Positions 8,742 to 17,937 of a stretch of DNA of 64,000 nucleotides are shown here, in pieces (position 1 is the stretch's first letter; the number at the start of each line of letters is the position of its first letter). The notes beneath the pieces are model-generated. The model ran no database searches. It saw nothing but the letters and a program-made list of their open reading frames with translations, and was not told the DNA's origin. Made by a program: the position numbers and the translations under genes. Where the stretch lies: the NCBI GenBank assembly GCA_963675525.2, contig CAXXSL010000020.1, positions 1 through 64,000 of the forward strand. Direction: 5' to 3'. This stretch comes from Anaerohalosphaeraceae bacterium. Its GTDB lineage: Bacteria; Planctomycetota; Phycisphaerae; Sedimentisphaerales; Anaerohalosphaeraceae.

Positions 8742-9802
8742 TGAATGAAAAAACGGAAACCAAACTGGCGCAGTTGAAAGCGGTTCTCGAAAACCACAAA
8801 AACATGCTGATTGTGCTGCAGGACAACCCGGATCCCGACGCGATTGCTTCGGCGGTGGCTCTGCGCAGACTCGCTAATGTCATGGCCAATGTTCAATGTT
8901 CGATTGCCCACGGCGGCACGGTGGGACGCGCCGAAAACCGGGCACTGGTCAAATATCTTGGTCTCAATCTCCGTCCCATTCAGCAAATCGACACCGCCAA
9001 GTTTGAGTTGTTTGCGATGGTGGACACCCAACCGGGCACCGGGAACAATTCTCTCCCCAATACGATTGAGCCGGACATTGTCATCGACCATCACCATTGC
9101 AGAGAATCGACCCGGCATTGCCGCTTTTCTGATGTCCGCAGCCGCTGCGGCGCAACCGCGACGATTTTGTATGAATACATGGAGGCCGCCGGCATCAAGC
9201 CCGAGGCACCCACCGCCACGGCATTGCTGTACGCCATCCGCTCCGATACGCAGGATTTGGGGCGCGATGCGACCAAAGCGGACATCCGCGCGCTGACGCG
9301 CCTGTACTTGCTTGCAAACAAACGTGTACTCAGCCAGATTCAGCGGGGCAAAGTCCGGCGGGATTATTACCGTATGCTCGCCGATGCCCTCACCAACGCG
9401 CAGGTCTATGCCAACGCCATCGTGACCGACCTGGGCCAGATTGAAAACCCCGACATGATTGCCGAAGTCGCCGACCTGCTCCTCCGCGACGACCAGACCG
9501 ACTGGGTCATGGTCTATGGAATCAGTCAGGACAAAATGCTCATCTCGCTGCGCACCTCACAGGAAACCATCACCGCCGAGAAGGTCATTCGTCATCTCGT
9601 GTCCCGGCGGGGCACCGGCGGCGGACACCCCAGTTACGCCGGCGGACAAATACCATTGAAAAAACTCACCAAAAAAGCCGTTGAGAAACTCGAAAAGACC
9701 CTCACCAGCCGATTCGTCAAAGAAGTCACCGGCAACACCCCCAAACCCGAACCGCTGGCGGCAACGGACGGTACGCCGACCAAATCAGAGCCGGGAACAT
9801 AA
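8738..9802 (+). CDS. DHH/DHHA1-family phosphoesterase
   Basis: DNPDPDAIAS, VDTQ, IDHH, SDT, ISLR, GGGH..AGG. Confidence 0.92.
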   Translation: MMNEKTETKLAQLKAVLENHKNMLIVLQDNPDPDAIASAVALRRLANVMANVQCSIAHGGTVGRAENRALVKYLGLNLRPIQQIDTAKFELFAMVDTQPGTGNNSLPNTIEPDIVIDHHHCRESTRHCRFSDVRSRCGATATILYEYMEAAGIKPEAPTATALLYAIRSDTQDLGRDATKADIRALTRLYLLANKRVLSQIQRGKVRRDYYRMLADALTNAQVYANAIVTDLGQIENPDMIAEVADLLLRDDQTDWVMVYGISQDKMLISLRTSQETITAEKVIRHLVSRRGTGGGHPSYAGGQIPLKKLTKKAVEKLEKTLTSRFVKEVTGNTPKPEPLAATDGTPTKSEPGT

Positions 9803-9904
9803 GTGACCGATTTTATTAGCGGGGCAGGAGCCTTTAGCCCTTGGTACGGGAAGAGTGTGTTTGTATTCGGGGGCATTCCGGCGGGAAATTCGGAAATTTT
9901 GGGC

Positions 9905-9933
9905 TTTACAATTTTGTTGGTGTTTTTTATGAT
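9905..9933 (+). promoter_or_regulatory. Sigma70 promoter TTTACA-N17-TATGAT; predicted start coincides with trpR ATG
   Basis: 6 nt separate the -10 box from ATG 9940; no SD. Confidence 0.6.
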
Positions 9934-9939
9934 GCATCT

Positions 9940-10239
9940 ATGTCCAGAAACAAAAAAGAACAGAAACTGCTCGGGCTAGAGGAAATGTGTTCGGTTTTGT
10001 GCCAGATTCAGGAAGTCGACCACATGAAAAGCTTCCTGGAGGAGATTCTGACGCCTGCCGAACGCAAGGACCTTGCCCTGCGATGGCAGTTGATGCAGAT
10101 GCTGGAAGACGGCATTCGGCAGCGTCAAATCGCCGCTGAACTGGGCATCAGCCTCTGTAAAATCACCCGTGGTGCGAAAATACTTAAAAAGACACAATCT
10201 ATCAGTAAACGCTATTTAGAAGCCAGGAGAAAAAAATGA
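9940..10239 (+). CDS. trpR: Trp repressor (TrpR/YerC family)
   Basis: [32 protein letters not shown]. Confidence 0.88.
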   Translation: MSRNKKEQKLLGLEEMCSVLCQIQEVDHMKSFLEEILTPAERKDLALRWQLMQMLEDGIRQRQIAAELGISLCKITRGAKILKKTQSISKRYLEARRKK

Positions 10240-11624
10240 ACCGAAAAATCTTACTTGATGAAAAAGACATTCCACGTCAATGGTACAACATCGCGGCGGA
10301 TCTGCCGACACCGATGCTTCCGCCGCTGGGCCCGGACGGCAATCCGGTAACGCCGGACATGCTGACGCCGGTGTTCCCGATGAACCTGATCGAGCAGGAA
10401 GTCAGTACGGAACGCTGGATCGACATCCCCGAGGAAATCCTGGATATCCTATACCGCTGGCGGCCGGCACCGTTGCGACGAGCCGTTTATCTGGAACGTT
10501 TTCTGGATACTCCCGCGAAGATTTATTACAAGGACGAAAGCACCAGTCCCGCCGGCAGTCACAAACCCAATACCGCCGTCCCGCAGGCATGGTACAATAA
10601 ACAGTTCGGTATCGAACGGCTGACCACCGAAACCGGCGCCGGCCAGTGGGGTTCGGCCCTGTCCTTTGCGTGTGCACTGATCGGTTTGGAATGCAAAGTG
10701 TTCATGGTTCGCATCAGCTTCGACCAGAAACCTTTCCGCAAACTGATGATGCAGGTCTGGGGCGGCAACTGTGTGGCTAGCCCAAGCACCGAAACCAATG
10801 CGGGCAGGGCGATTCTTGAAAAAATGCCCGATACCCCGGGCAGTCTCGGTATTGCCATTTCCGAAGCCATCGAGCAGGCCGTCATGGATCAGACCGGCAA
10901 AACCCGCTATGCTTTGGGCAGCGTACTGAATCACGTTATGCTGCACCAGTCGATTATCGGCCTGGAAGCGAAAGCCCAGCTCAAGAGCGTCGGCGAGAAA
11001 ACACCCGACGTCATCATCGGTTGTGCCGGCGGCGGAAGCAATTTTGCCGGCCTGGCGTTTCCGTTTACGCAGGACAAGATCAACGGCGCCAATATTGAGA
11101 TTATTCCCGTTGAGCCGACCGCCTGCCCGACAATGACACGCGCTCCGTTCGCCTATGACCACGGCGATACCGCCTGCATGACGCCATTGCTGGCGATGCA
11201 CACACTGGGTCATGCCTTTGTGCCGCCGCCCATTCACGCCGGCGGTCTTCGCTATCACGGTATGGCGCCGCTGGTCTGCCAGTGCATTGTGGAAGGCCTG
11301 CATACGCCGAGAGCCATCGACCAGGTCGAATGTTACGAAGCGGCCATGACATGGGCACGCACGGAAGGGGCTATTTGTGCTCCGGAAACCAGCCATGCTG
11401 TCGCGGCGGCGATTCAGGAAGCCAAAAAGGCCAAGGAAGAAGGCAAGGAAAAGGTCATTCTGTTTAACTACAGCGGCCACGGACTCATGGACCTGTCCGG
11501 TTACGACGCCTATATGACCGGTAAACTGACGCCGTATGCACTGCCGGATGAGGAATTGGCAAAGACTGAGGAAATCCTCAAGGATTATCCGCCGGCCGAA
11601 ATGCGTAAATCCGGCAAGTGGTAA
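10236..11624 (+). CDS. trpB2: Tryptophan synthase beta chain, TrpB2 type
   Basis: [19 protein letters not shown] (PLP lysine), [31 protein letters not shown]. Confidence 0.95.
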   Translation: MNRKILLDEKDIPRQWYNIAADLPTPMLPPLGPDGNPVTPDMLTPVFPMNLIEQEVSTERWIDIPEEILDILYRWRPAPLRRAVYLERFLDTPAKIYYKDESTSPAGSHKPNTAVPQAWYNKQFGIERLTTETGAGQWGSALSFACALIGLECKVFMVRISFDQKPFRKLMMQVWGGNCVASPSTETNAGRAILEKMPDTPGSLGIAISEAIEQAVMDQTGKTRYALGSVLNHVMLHQSIIGLEAKAQLKSVGEKTPDVIIGCAGGGSNFAGLAFPFTQDKINGANIEIIPVEPTACPTMTRAPFAYDHGDTACMTPLLAMHTLGHAFVPPPIHAGGLRYHGMAPLVCQCIVEGLHTPRAIDQVECYEAAMTWARTEGAICAPETSHAVAAAIQEAKKAKEEGKEKVILFNYSGHGLMDLSGYDAYMTGKLTPYALPDEELAKTEEILKDYPPAEMRKSGKW

Positions 11625-11653
11625 TAACCTTATCTCTGAAAATAGCATTTCAC

Positions 11654-11685
11654 AAGGGCATCGAAGCGATTTCGATGCCCTTTTT
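11654..11685 (+). terminator. Intrinsic terminator after trpB2
   Basis: aagggcatcgaa-gcgat-ttcgatgccctt plus T run. Confidence 0.85.
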
Positions 11686-11771
11686 ACCTTCATAAAAGAG
11701 GGTATTCTTCGGAAAATCTGATTTTTTTATTGAAATAGCATAACAGGTCAGTACAATGCCTGTTCTTGTTT

Positions 11772-11854
11772 GGGTCGGTGCCCGAGTGGCTAAAGGGAAC
11801 GGGCTGTAAACCCGTTAGCGTGAGCTTACGCTGGTTCGAATCCAGCCCGGCCCA
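11772..11854 (+). tRNA. tRNA-Tyr(GTA), CCA not encoded
   Basis: Acceptor GGGTCGG/CCGGCCC-A; anticodon arm ACGGG-CTGTAAA-CCCGT; long variable arm; GGTTCGAATCC; upstream TTGAAA-N16-TACAAT. Confidence 0.97.
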
Positions 11855-11857
11855 TTC

Positions 11858-11897
11858 AGAAAGCCGGTGTCAGTCAATGACATCGGCTCTTTTTTTA
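11858..11897 (+). terminator. Intrinsic terminator after tRNA
   Basis: agccggtgtca-gtcaa-tgacatcggct plus ctttttttt. Confidence 0.85.
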
Positions 11898-11994
11898 TGC
11901 CAGTATCCGGTCAGCAAATTAAGAAAGTGGCCGGTTTAGAAAAGTACAGCAGTTATTCAATCGTCCTGTTATCAATTATCAGCAAATGCTTTCA

Positions 11995-14900
11995 TTAAAA
12001 ATCCAGAAGCCAATAGTTCGAGAAGGTCGCAAAATCAGCCAGATCAACTTTCCCGTTACGATACGGCGGAGCAATGTCTGTCAGAGGGTCGTCCGTCAAC
12101 CAACCGCCTGAGAGTATTAAAAGATCATCAATGTTGATTGAGCAGTCATCATTATAATCACCGATTCGCTGTCGGTTGAACTCATAACATCCCATATCCA
12201 CAACGCTGTTGACATTGCAAAGTTTGGCGGCAAGTCGTGGATTGCCATCCAGATCCTCATTATATGCAATGAAAATAGCATAATTTAGACCAGCATCGAT
12301 ACAAAGAGACTCCGGGTCCAAACGGTAGTTGCCATCGGCGGGGTCCAGAAAGACAGGATCGACATTCAGATTATTCGAACCCGTCCATCCGCCCTGGACA
12401 TCAGAATTGTTGACGGTAGTTGTACAGACGTCCAGATCATAAATTTCGCTGTCCGAATTCGCCCACAGAATGCTATTTTTTACTATTGGAAAACAATTGG
12501 TCTCGTTATGGAGAGCGCCCCCGTTGCCCGATGTTGCGGTATTGTAGCAGAATGTGCAGTTATAAATCGTCGGCGAACATCCGTTGTAATTATCCATCGC
12601 CCCGCCATAGGCAGCGGTATTATTCGCCAACAGACAGTTGATAATGATTGGAGAAGAATTGAGATCGATTTCCATACCTCCACCGTAAGTCGCGGTGTTT
12701 TCGGTGATGATACAATTACTGATTGTTAAATCCGAACTGTTAAGATACAGCCCTCCACCTACATATCCGGAACCATGGGTGAACGTAAATCCATCGATTT
12801 TACCTGCCGCACTAATACCATTGGCGTGCACGACAGACCCTGAATTGTTCCCGTCAACTATTGTTTGATATGCTCCGGCTCCGAGGATTTTGATATTGTT
12901 GGTAAAGGTGAGATTTTCAATATAAGTTCCTCCAGCCACATTCACGGTTCCGGTAGAATAGACGGCATCGATACCGTCCTGGATAATAGCAAATGCGTCC
13001 ACACCCCAGGTGTGTCCGTCGTTGCCGCCGCCTGCTGTATAGTCATCATCCACCCAGACCGTCATAATCGCCTGCGGCGTTTCATCTGCTCCCATGTCGA
13101 CAGTCGCTGTTGCATTACCATCTCCGTCAATGATCCGGTCGTCTCCGTCAATATCCGTCGTAATTCCGACAGGAACGGCACTGTTCAAGCCGGCATCCAC
13201 GCAGTCCGAGGTTTCCTGTAAATGGTAATCCCCTCCGGCCGCATTGACAAACAGGGGATTGACGTTGAGATTCCCCGCTCCAGTATAGTCGCCCTCAATG
13301 TCGCTGTATGTTACGGTCAGGCCGCCGGAAAGTTGCGTGCCGCTGTTACCCCAGACGATACAGTTAGTTAAAACTGTTGGATTCAGACTGTAAATACCTC
13401 CGCGCGATGCGTCAGCGGTATTATTGCTGATTGTGCAGTTGATAAAAGTAACGGAAGGGCAGTTCCAAATGTAAGCTGCGCCGCCTTCGCCATAGCCGGG
13501 TGATGTACCGTTTACCGTATTGTCTGCGATAATACAGTTCGTCAGCTCAGGGGAGCAAGTATCCATGAAAAACAAAGCTCCGCCGTCATGCTCCGCCGTA
13601 TTATTCATCATTGTACAGTTTGTAATTACCGGATTGCAATTCACCTGGCAGGCGATTGCACCTCCGACGCTGGTTTCATTTCGGCTGAGATCGGAATCTA
13701 CAATCGTCGGCGAAGATTGTGCGCAGTAAATGGCTCCCCCCAGCATGCCGGAGACAGTCGTGAAATTGTCAACAAGATTGCAGTCAGACACGGTACCGCC
13801 GGAACTGCTGAGATATGCAATTGCGCCGCCGTCCCAGTCGGATCCATTGGCCCGGATGTGGCAGCGGGTGAGTGTTGGCGAAGAACCGTTACAATATACG
13901 GCCCCGCCTTGTTCCCCGGCTCCGTTTTCTTCGAGCGTACAGAAAATCAGCGAAGGAGCCGCCGAATTCGTGCAGTAAACAGCGCCGCCGTTGGCCCCTG
14001 CCGAGTTGTCATAAAAAACACAATTGTCATCGAAGGCCGGAGACGCTCCGTCACAGTAGATTGCGCCTCCGTCTTTATGAGATATATTCCTTTCAAAACG
14101 CGTGGATGAAACATGTCCGCCAGAGGTGCTGTCATAATAGATGGCTCCGCCTTTACTGAACGCGGCAGCCAGCGACAGATTCATATAGAACTCACACCCC
14201 GTAATTTCCGGAGAGGAACTGTTCGTATTGGCGATGGCTCCGCCGCGATAGTTGAAACTGGCACCTGCCAATGAATTGTATTCAAATGTACAGGTATTAA
14301 TGATCGGTGAGGAATGGTCGTTAAAGATCGCACCTCCATCGGCGCCCTCGTTGTAGCTGAACGTACAATCCGTGATTAGCGGGTTGCTGTTCTCGTTGTA
14401 TATGGCGCCTCCGGAAGCAGCGTCATTTTCCTGAAAATCCGCCCCAAAATCGCAGGAATCGAATGTGGGTGAAGAATCGATATTGCAGACTGCGCCGCCG
14501 CTGCCGGAACCGTAATTGCCCAGAAATACACACTCCTCAAAATCCAGATTGGCAGAGTTTGTGTTATAGACTGCTCCCCCCTGGCTGGACGCTAAATTGT
14601 CGTCAAACGTGCAGTGAACCAGCCTGGGACTGCTTCCGTCATTGTACATGCCGGGCCCTTTTGTTTGGAGGTCCACGCTGCCTGTTGCCCGACCGAGGGT
14701 AATCGTAAAGCCATCAAGAACAGCTGAGTTATTTAAGTTTAAGCCTGCCGGGTGGTAAAACACATGATATGAGTTATCAGATGTATTGCCTACCACTCCG
14801 ATATCTCCGCTGAGAATGCATGGGTAGGTCGTCCAATTGCGGGCGGCAAAAGTGACTACCCCGGAGGTCGGATCAAAACCGCCGTATACGTTTACTTTGT

Positions 14901-15138
14901 TGATAAGCTGAAAAGAAACAGTTCGATCTGCCGTGCCGGTTGGAGTATAGGTTCCCTCGGCAACCCAGATTTCGTCTCCTGAGGAAGCACTCCAGAAGGC
15001 AGATTGAAGTTGTTTGTACGCGTTTGGCCAGGACCCGCCGTTGTTCAGACCTTTTGCGTCAATATCCACATAGATCACCTCAGCCATGCATTGCGCGACG
15101 AGGAAAAAAGTAGCCAGCAACAAGCAAATTGCTTTCAT
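11995..15138 (-). CDS. Secreted right-handed beta-helix repeat protein (Pmp-like repeats, choice-of-anchor-Q-like segments, dockerin-like C-terminus)
   Basis: Signal peptide MKAICLL after GGAGG; many FxxN..GGA(I/V) repeats; DYHLQETSDCVDAG...VDMGADE type motif twice; C-terminal GDYNDDC..WL. Confidence 0.88.
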   Translation of the reverse strand: MKAICLLLATFFLVAQCMAEVIYVDIDAKGLNNGGSWPNAYKQLQSAFWSASSGDEIWVAEGTYTPTGTADRTVSFQLINKVNVYGGFDPTSGVVTFAARNWTTYPCILSGDIGVVGNTSDNSYHVFYHPAGLNLNNSAVLDGFTITLGRATGSVDLQTKGPGMYNDGSSPRLVHCTFDDNLASSQGGAVYNTNSANLDFEECVFLGNYGSGSGGAVCNIDSSPTFDSCDFGADFQENDAASGGAIYNENSNPLITDCTFSYNEGADGGAIFNDHSSPIINTCTFEYNSLAGASFNYRGGAIANTNSSSPEITGCEFYMNLSLAAAFSKGGAIYYDSTSGGHVSSTRFERNISHKDGGAIYCDGASPAFDDNCVFYDNSAGANGGAVYCTNSAAPSLIFCTLEENGAGEQGGAVYCNGSSPTLTRCHIRANGSDWDGGAIAYLSSSGGTVSDCNLVDNFTTVSGMLGGAIYCAQSSPTIVDSDLSRNETSVGGAIACQVNCNPVITNCTMMNNTAEHDGGALFFMDTCSPELTNCIIADNTVNGTSPGYGEGGAAYIWNCPSVTFINCTISNNTADASRGGIYSLNPTVLTNCIVWGNSGTQLSGGLTVTYSDIEGDYTGAGNLNVNPLFVNAAGGDYHLQETSDCVDAGLNSAVPVGITTDIDGDDRIIDGDGNATATVDMGADETPQAIMTVWVDDDYTAGGGNDGHTWGVDAFAIIQDGIDAVYSTGTVNVAGGTYIENLTFTNNIKILGAGAYQTIVDGNNSGSVVHANGISAAGKIDGFTFTHGSGYVGGGLYLNSSDLTISNCIITENTATYGGGMEIDLNSSPIIINCLLANNTAAYGGAMDNYNGCSPTIYNCTFCYNTATSGNGGALHNETNCFPIVKNSILWANSDSEIYDLDVCTTTVNNSDVQGGWTGSNNLNVDPVFLDPADGNYRLDPESLCIDAGLNYAIFIAYNEDLDGNPRLAAKLCNVNSVVDMGCYEFNRQRIGDYNDDCSINIDDLLILSGGWLTDDPLTDIAPPYRNGKVDLADFATFSNYWLLDF

Positions 15139-15928
15139 CGCAATACCCTCCGTTAAATTGATGAGTATAAGAACTGTTTGTGGTCTTCTCCTGTTGATGT
15201 TCATCTTCGGTATGCAAAACAAGGTGTCATTCGAAAACGCGGCATCTCTTAGAACACAGTCTCAAATATATCGTTAAATTAACTTTTTTTCAAGCACTAT
15301 TTTTGTTAAAGAAAAGACGGTCTATGTCTAGATAGAACCTTCAGTCCACATTACGAGAATCAATAACTCTAATCTTGCAAGAATCTGTCAAAGTTGGAAT
15401 GGCTTCATTTAATTCCGGCCAGCTTTCAGTCTTCCTATCCGTAAAAATACCTATTTTCCTTGCTTTTGTTGGTTTTTTTGTTTTTTTCTTCATAATTTCT
15501 TCTCAATTCATGTTACAATAGCGATTGGCACTATAAAGACTTACAAGCTTTCTTGAATGTCATTAATATTTAGATTCGCATGTAGAGGACTGTAAAGTGT
15601 GTACTACTAGGAGAAAACCAATTCGATATGTCTTAGTATCTACCTCGTTGATTTTCTATGCATTGACATTCCATAGACGCGATTTTGGGATTCTTTCTCA
15701 TTAAGGAAGGGAAAAAACTTATGAAATACCGAGTGGGAGGGAATGTTTAATGGTTCCGCATCATCTTTTGGCACAGTTGGGTATGTCGGTTAATACCGAT
15801 CTGCACTCTTCTGTCATGTTATTTCCTGCTCGCAGTTTATCGTCAAGTACGTTTTCCGGACGGATCGACGTTCCGAATACTCAATCATACGGCAAGATAG
15901 GGAAGTTTAAATTTTAAGGAGAGTTACT

Positions 15929-17839
15929 ATGAATGGAGAGTTAAGAATGACGGAAACAAAGTGGTTTTGCTTTTTGTGCTGCATGATGGTGTTTTTTATT
16001 GCGGCGATCGATGTCATCGCGGAGTCGGTTGACATTGAAGAACCCATCAAGACAGAAGCTCAGCTTAAGCTGGAGCAAAAAGCCAAAGAGCAGGAAATGG
16101 AGAAAACGAAAAGGGTTTCTTCAGATATCAGCCCTGCAGAAATTGAACAGTTGAGTTTACCCCAGGATACCAGTGTTGTGATGAGCGTCAAGGAACTGCG
16201 TCTTGTCGGCAACACCCTGATCGCAACGGACAAATTGTTATCAAAGGTTCCGTTGATCTACAATGCATCGGCGGCGCCGCTGATGGAGGCCGAAAGCATT
16301 CACCTTTATGATCTTAGAACTGTTCGTGACATTATCGCGATGCCGGGTCAGCCTCGTCAGATTTCCGCACGCACCATTCAGGGTTTGACCCAGTGCCTTC
16401 TTTCACTTTACCGGCAGGCGGGATATTCCGGTATCTATGTATCGGTTCCGCCGGAGACGATGCAGCAAGGGAAATTACAAGGTGATGTTTTAGTCATCAA
16501 GGTCACCGAAGCCCCGGTGACATCCGTAACGACAAACTACTTCACGCCGGAAAATGTGAAGGCTGAGGAAGGCTATTTGAGTGATTCCTTCCTGCAAAAA
16601 ACGTCACCGGTTCAGGCCGGCAAAGTCGGAAAGCAGAAAAAACTGGAAGAGTATGTTAACTTGTTGAATCTGAACCCGGACCGATATATCTCGGCAACCG
16701 TCTCTAAGGGCGCTGAGCCGGATACACTGGCTGTCGGGTATAACGTCTATGAAGCCAATCCGTGGCATTGGTTCCTGCAGTTAGATAATGCCGGGACCAA
16801 GGATCGGCGATATTCGCCCCGAGTCGGGCTGATCAATACGAACCTGATGGGGTTTGATGACATGCTCACCGTGTATTACCAATCTCCCTGGGAAAAGGGG
16901 TTTGAGGATAAATACTCTATTTACGGCAGTTATGATATGCCCATCATGGGGCCAAAGCTGCGTCTTGAGCTTTTTGCCGGCTACAACGAGTTTGATGTGA
17001 ACGGCGGCGGCGGGATTGATTTTCTGGGCAATGGCTCATTGTACGGCGGCAAACTGCGTTACAACGCCTTCCAGAGAGACGGTTGGTTTTTGGACCTGAC
17101 AACATCGTTGTCTCGCGAGAACAGCAAGGTCTCTTCTTCGATATTTAGTTCGATATTGGGTTCTCGGACCGTCATGCACCTTTGGGGGCTCGGCATTGAT
17201 CTCCATCGCCGAACGGATCTGGCCAACACATCGGTTACATTTGACCGCGTTGAGAATTTAGGCGGTTCGTCCCAGGCTAAGTTTTGGGATGTAACCACAT
17301 TGACCGGTGCCCGAACCAATGCGGATCGCGATTTTGTCATCTACACGACCGCAGCCCGGCACAGTCAGTATCTGAAGGCTGATAAGGTGCAGCGTCTGAC
17401 CGGGTCGGCACGATGGATCGTACCCAACGAGAGACTGGCTCCGTCTAAAATGACGACCTTTGGCGGGATGTATACGGTTCGAGGCTACAAGGAAAGCGGT
17501 CTCGTGGCCGACGGCGGCGTACTGGCAACGGTTCAATATGAATTTGACATGGTCAAGTATGAGCAGGCACAGGAATTGTCCGGCATGCAATCCGACGAGA
17601 AACCCTTTGTCAGAAAACTGGCTCCGCTGGCGTTCTTCGATTACGGGCGAGCCGAGATACAGGACAATGTTGCAGGCGAGAAGAGTGCAGAGGATCTGTA
17701 CTCCATCGGTGTTGGCGGATTGGTCGAACTGGGTGATAATTTCAGCGGAGCTGTCTACTACGGCCATCCGCTGGAAGCAACCAGCACCACGGATACGCAT
17801 GATGGACGTATAAATTTGAGTCTGATGATGCGATGGTAA
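15929..17839 (+). CDS. Two-partner secretion outer-membrane transporter (ShlB/FhaC/HecB, TpsB)
   Basis: Signal peptide; POTRA-like LYRQAGY and LLNLNP; LDNAGT; NLMGFDDML; FGGMYTVRGY; FFDYG; terminal W. Confidence 0.9.
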   Translation: MNGELRMTETKWFCFLCCMMVFFIAAIDVIAESVDIEEPIKTEAQLKLEQKAKEQEMEKTKRVSSDISPAEIEQLSLPQDTSVVMSVKELRLVGNTLIATDKLLSKVPLIYNASAAPLMEAESIHLYDLRTVRDIIAMPGQPRQISARTIQGLTQCLLSLYRQAGYSGIYVSVPPETMQQGKLQGDVLVIKVTEAPVTSVTTNYFTPENVKAEEGYLSDSFLQKTSPVQAGKVGKQKKLEEYVNLLNLNPDRYISATVSKGAEPDTLAVGYNVYEANPWHWFLQLDNAGTKDRRYSPRVGLINTNLMGFDDMLTVYYQSPWEKGFEDKYSIYGSYDMPIMGPKLRLELFAGYNEFDVNGGGGIDFLGNGSLYGGKLRYNAFQRDGWFLDLTTSLSRENSKVSSSIFSSILGSRTVMHLWGLGIDLHRRTDLANTSVTFDRVENLGGSSQAKFWDVTTLTGARTNADRDFVIYTTAARHSQYLKADKVQRLTGSARWIVPNERLAPSKMTTFGGMYTVRGYKESGLVADGGVLATVQYEFDMVKYEQAQELSGMQSDEKPFVRKLAPLAFFDYGRAEIQDNVAGEKSAEDLYSIGVGGLVELGDNFSGAVYYGHPLEATSTTDTHDGRINLSLMMRW

Positions 17840-17937
17840 AACAAGACGTTTGCCCGGCAGCGTAGTCGGGTTGAATATAACGGATAGACGGATCTGAAAC
17901 AATTTATGTGAGGGTTATAAATCGAAAGGGGAAAACA

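Noticed and set aside
10449..11693. Long antisense ORFs (414 aa here; also 6289-7275, 18721-19599, 30702-31355)
   Set aside because: Shadows of well-supported genes on the opposite strand, with no motifs
11772..15900. Genomic island integrated at tRNA-Tyr
   Set aside because: No integrase and no duplicated tRNA 3' end seen in the window
15240..15928. Riboswitch, sRNA or sigma54 promoter in the long intergenic region
   Set aside because: TGGCAC occurrences lack a correctly spaced TTGC, and no recognisable RNA motif was found by eye
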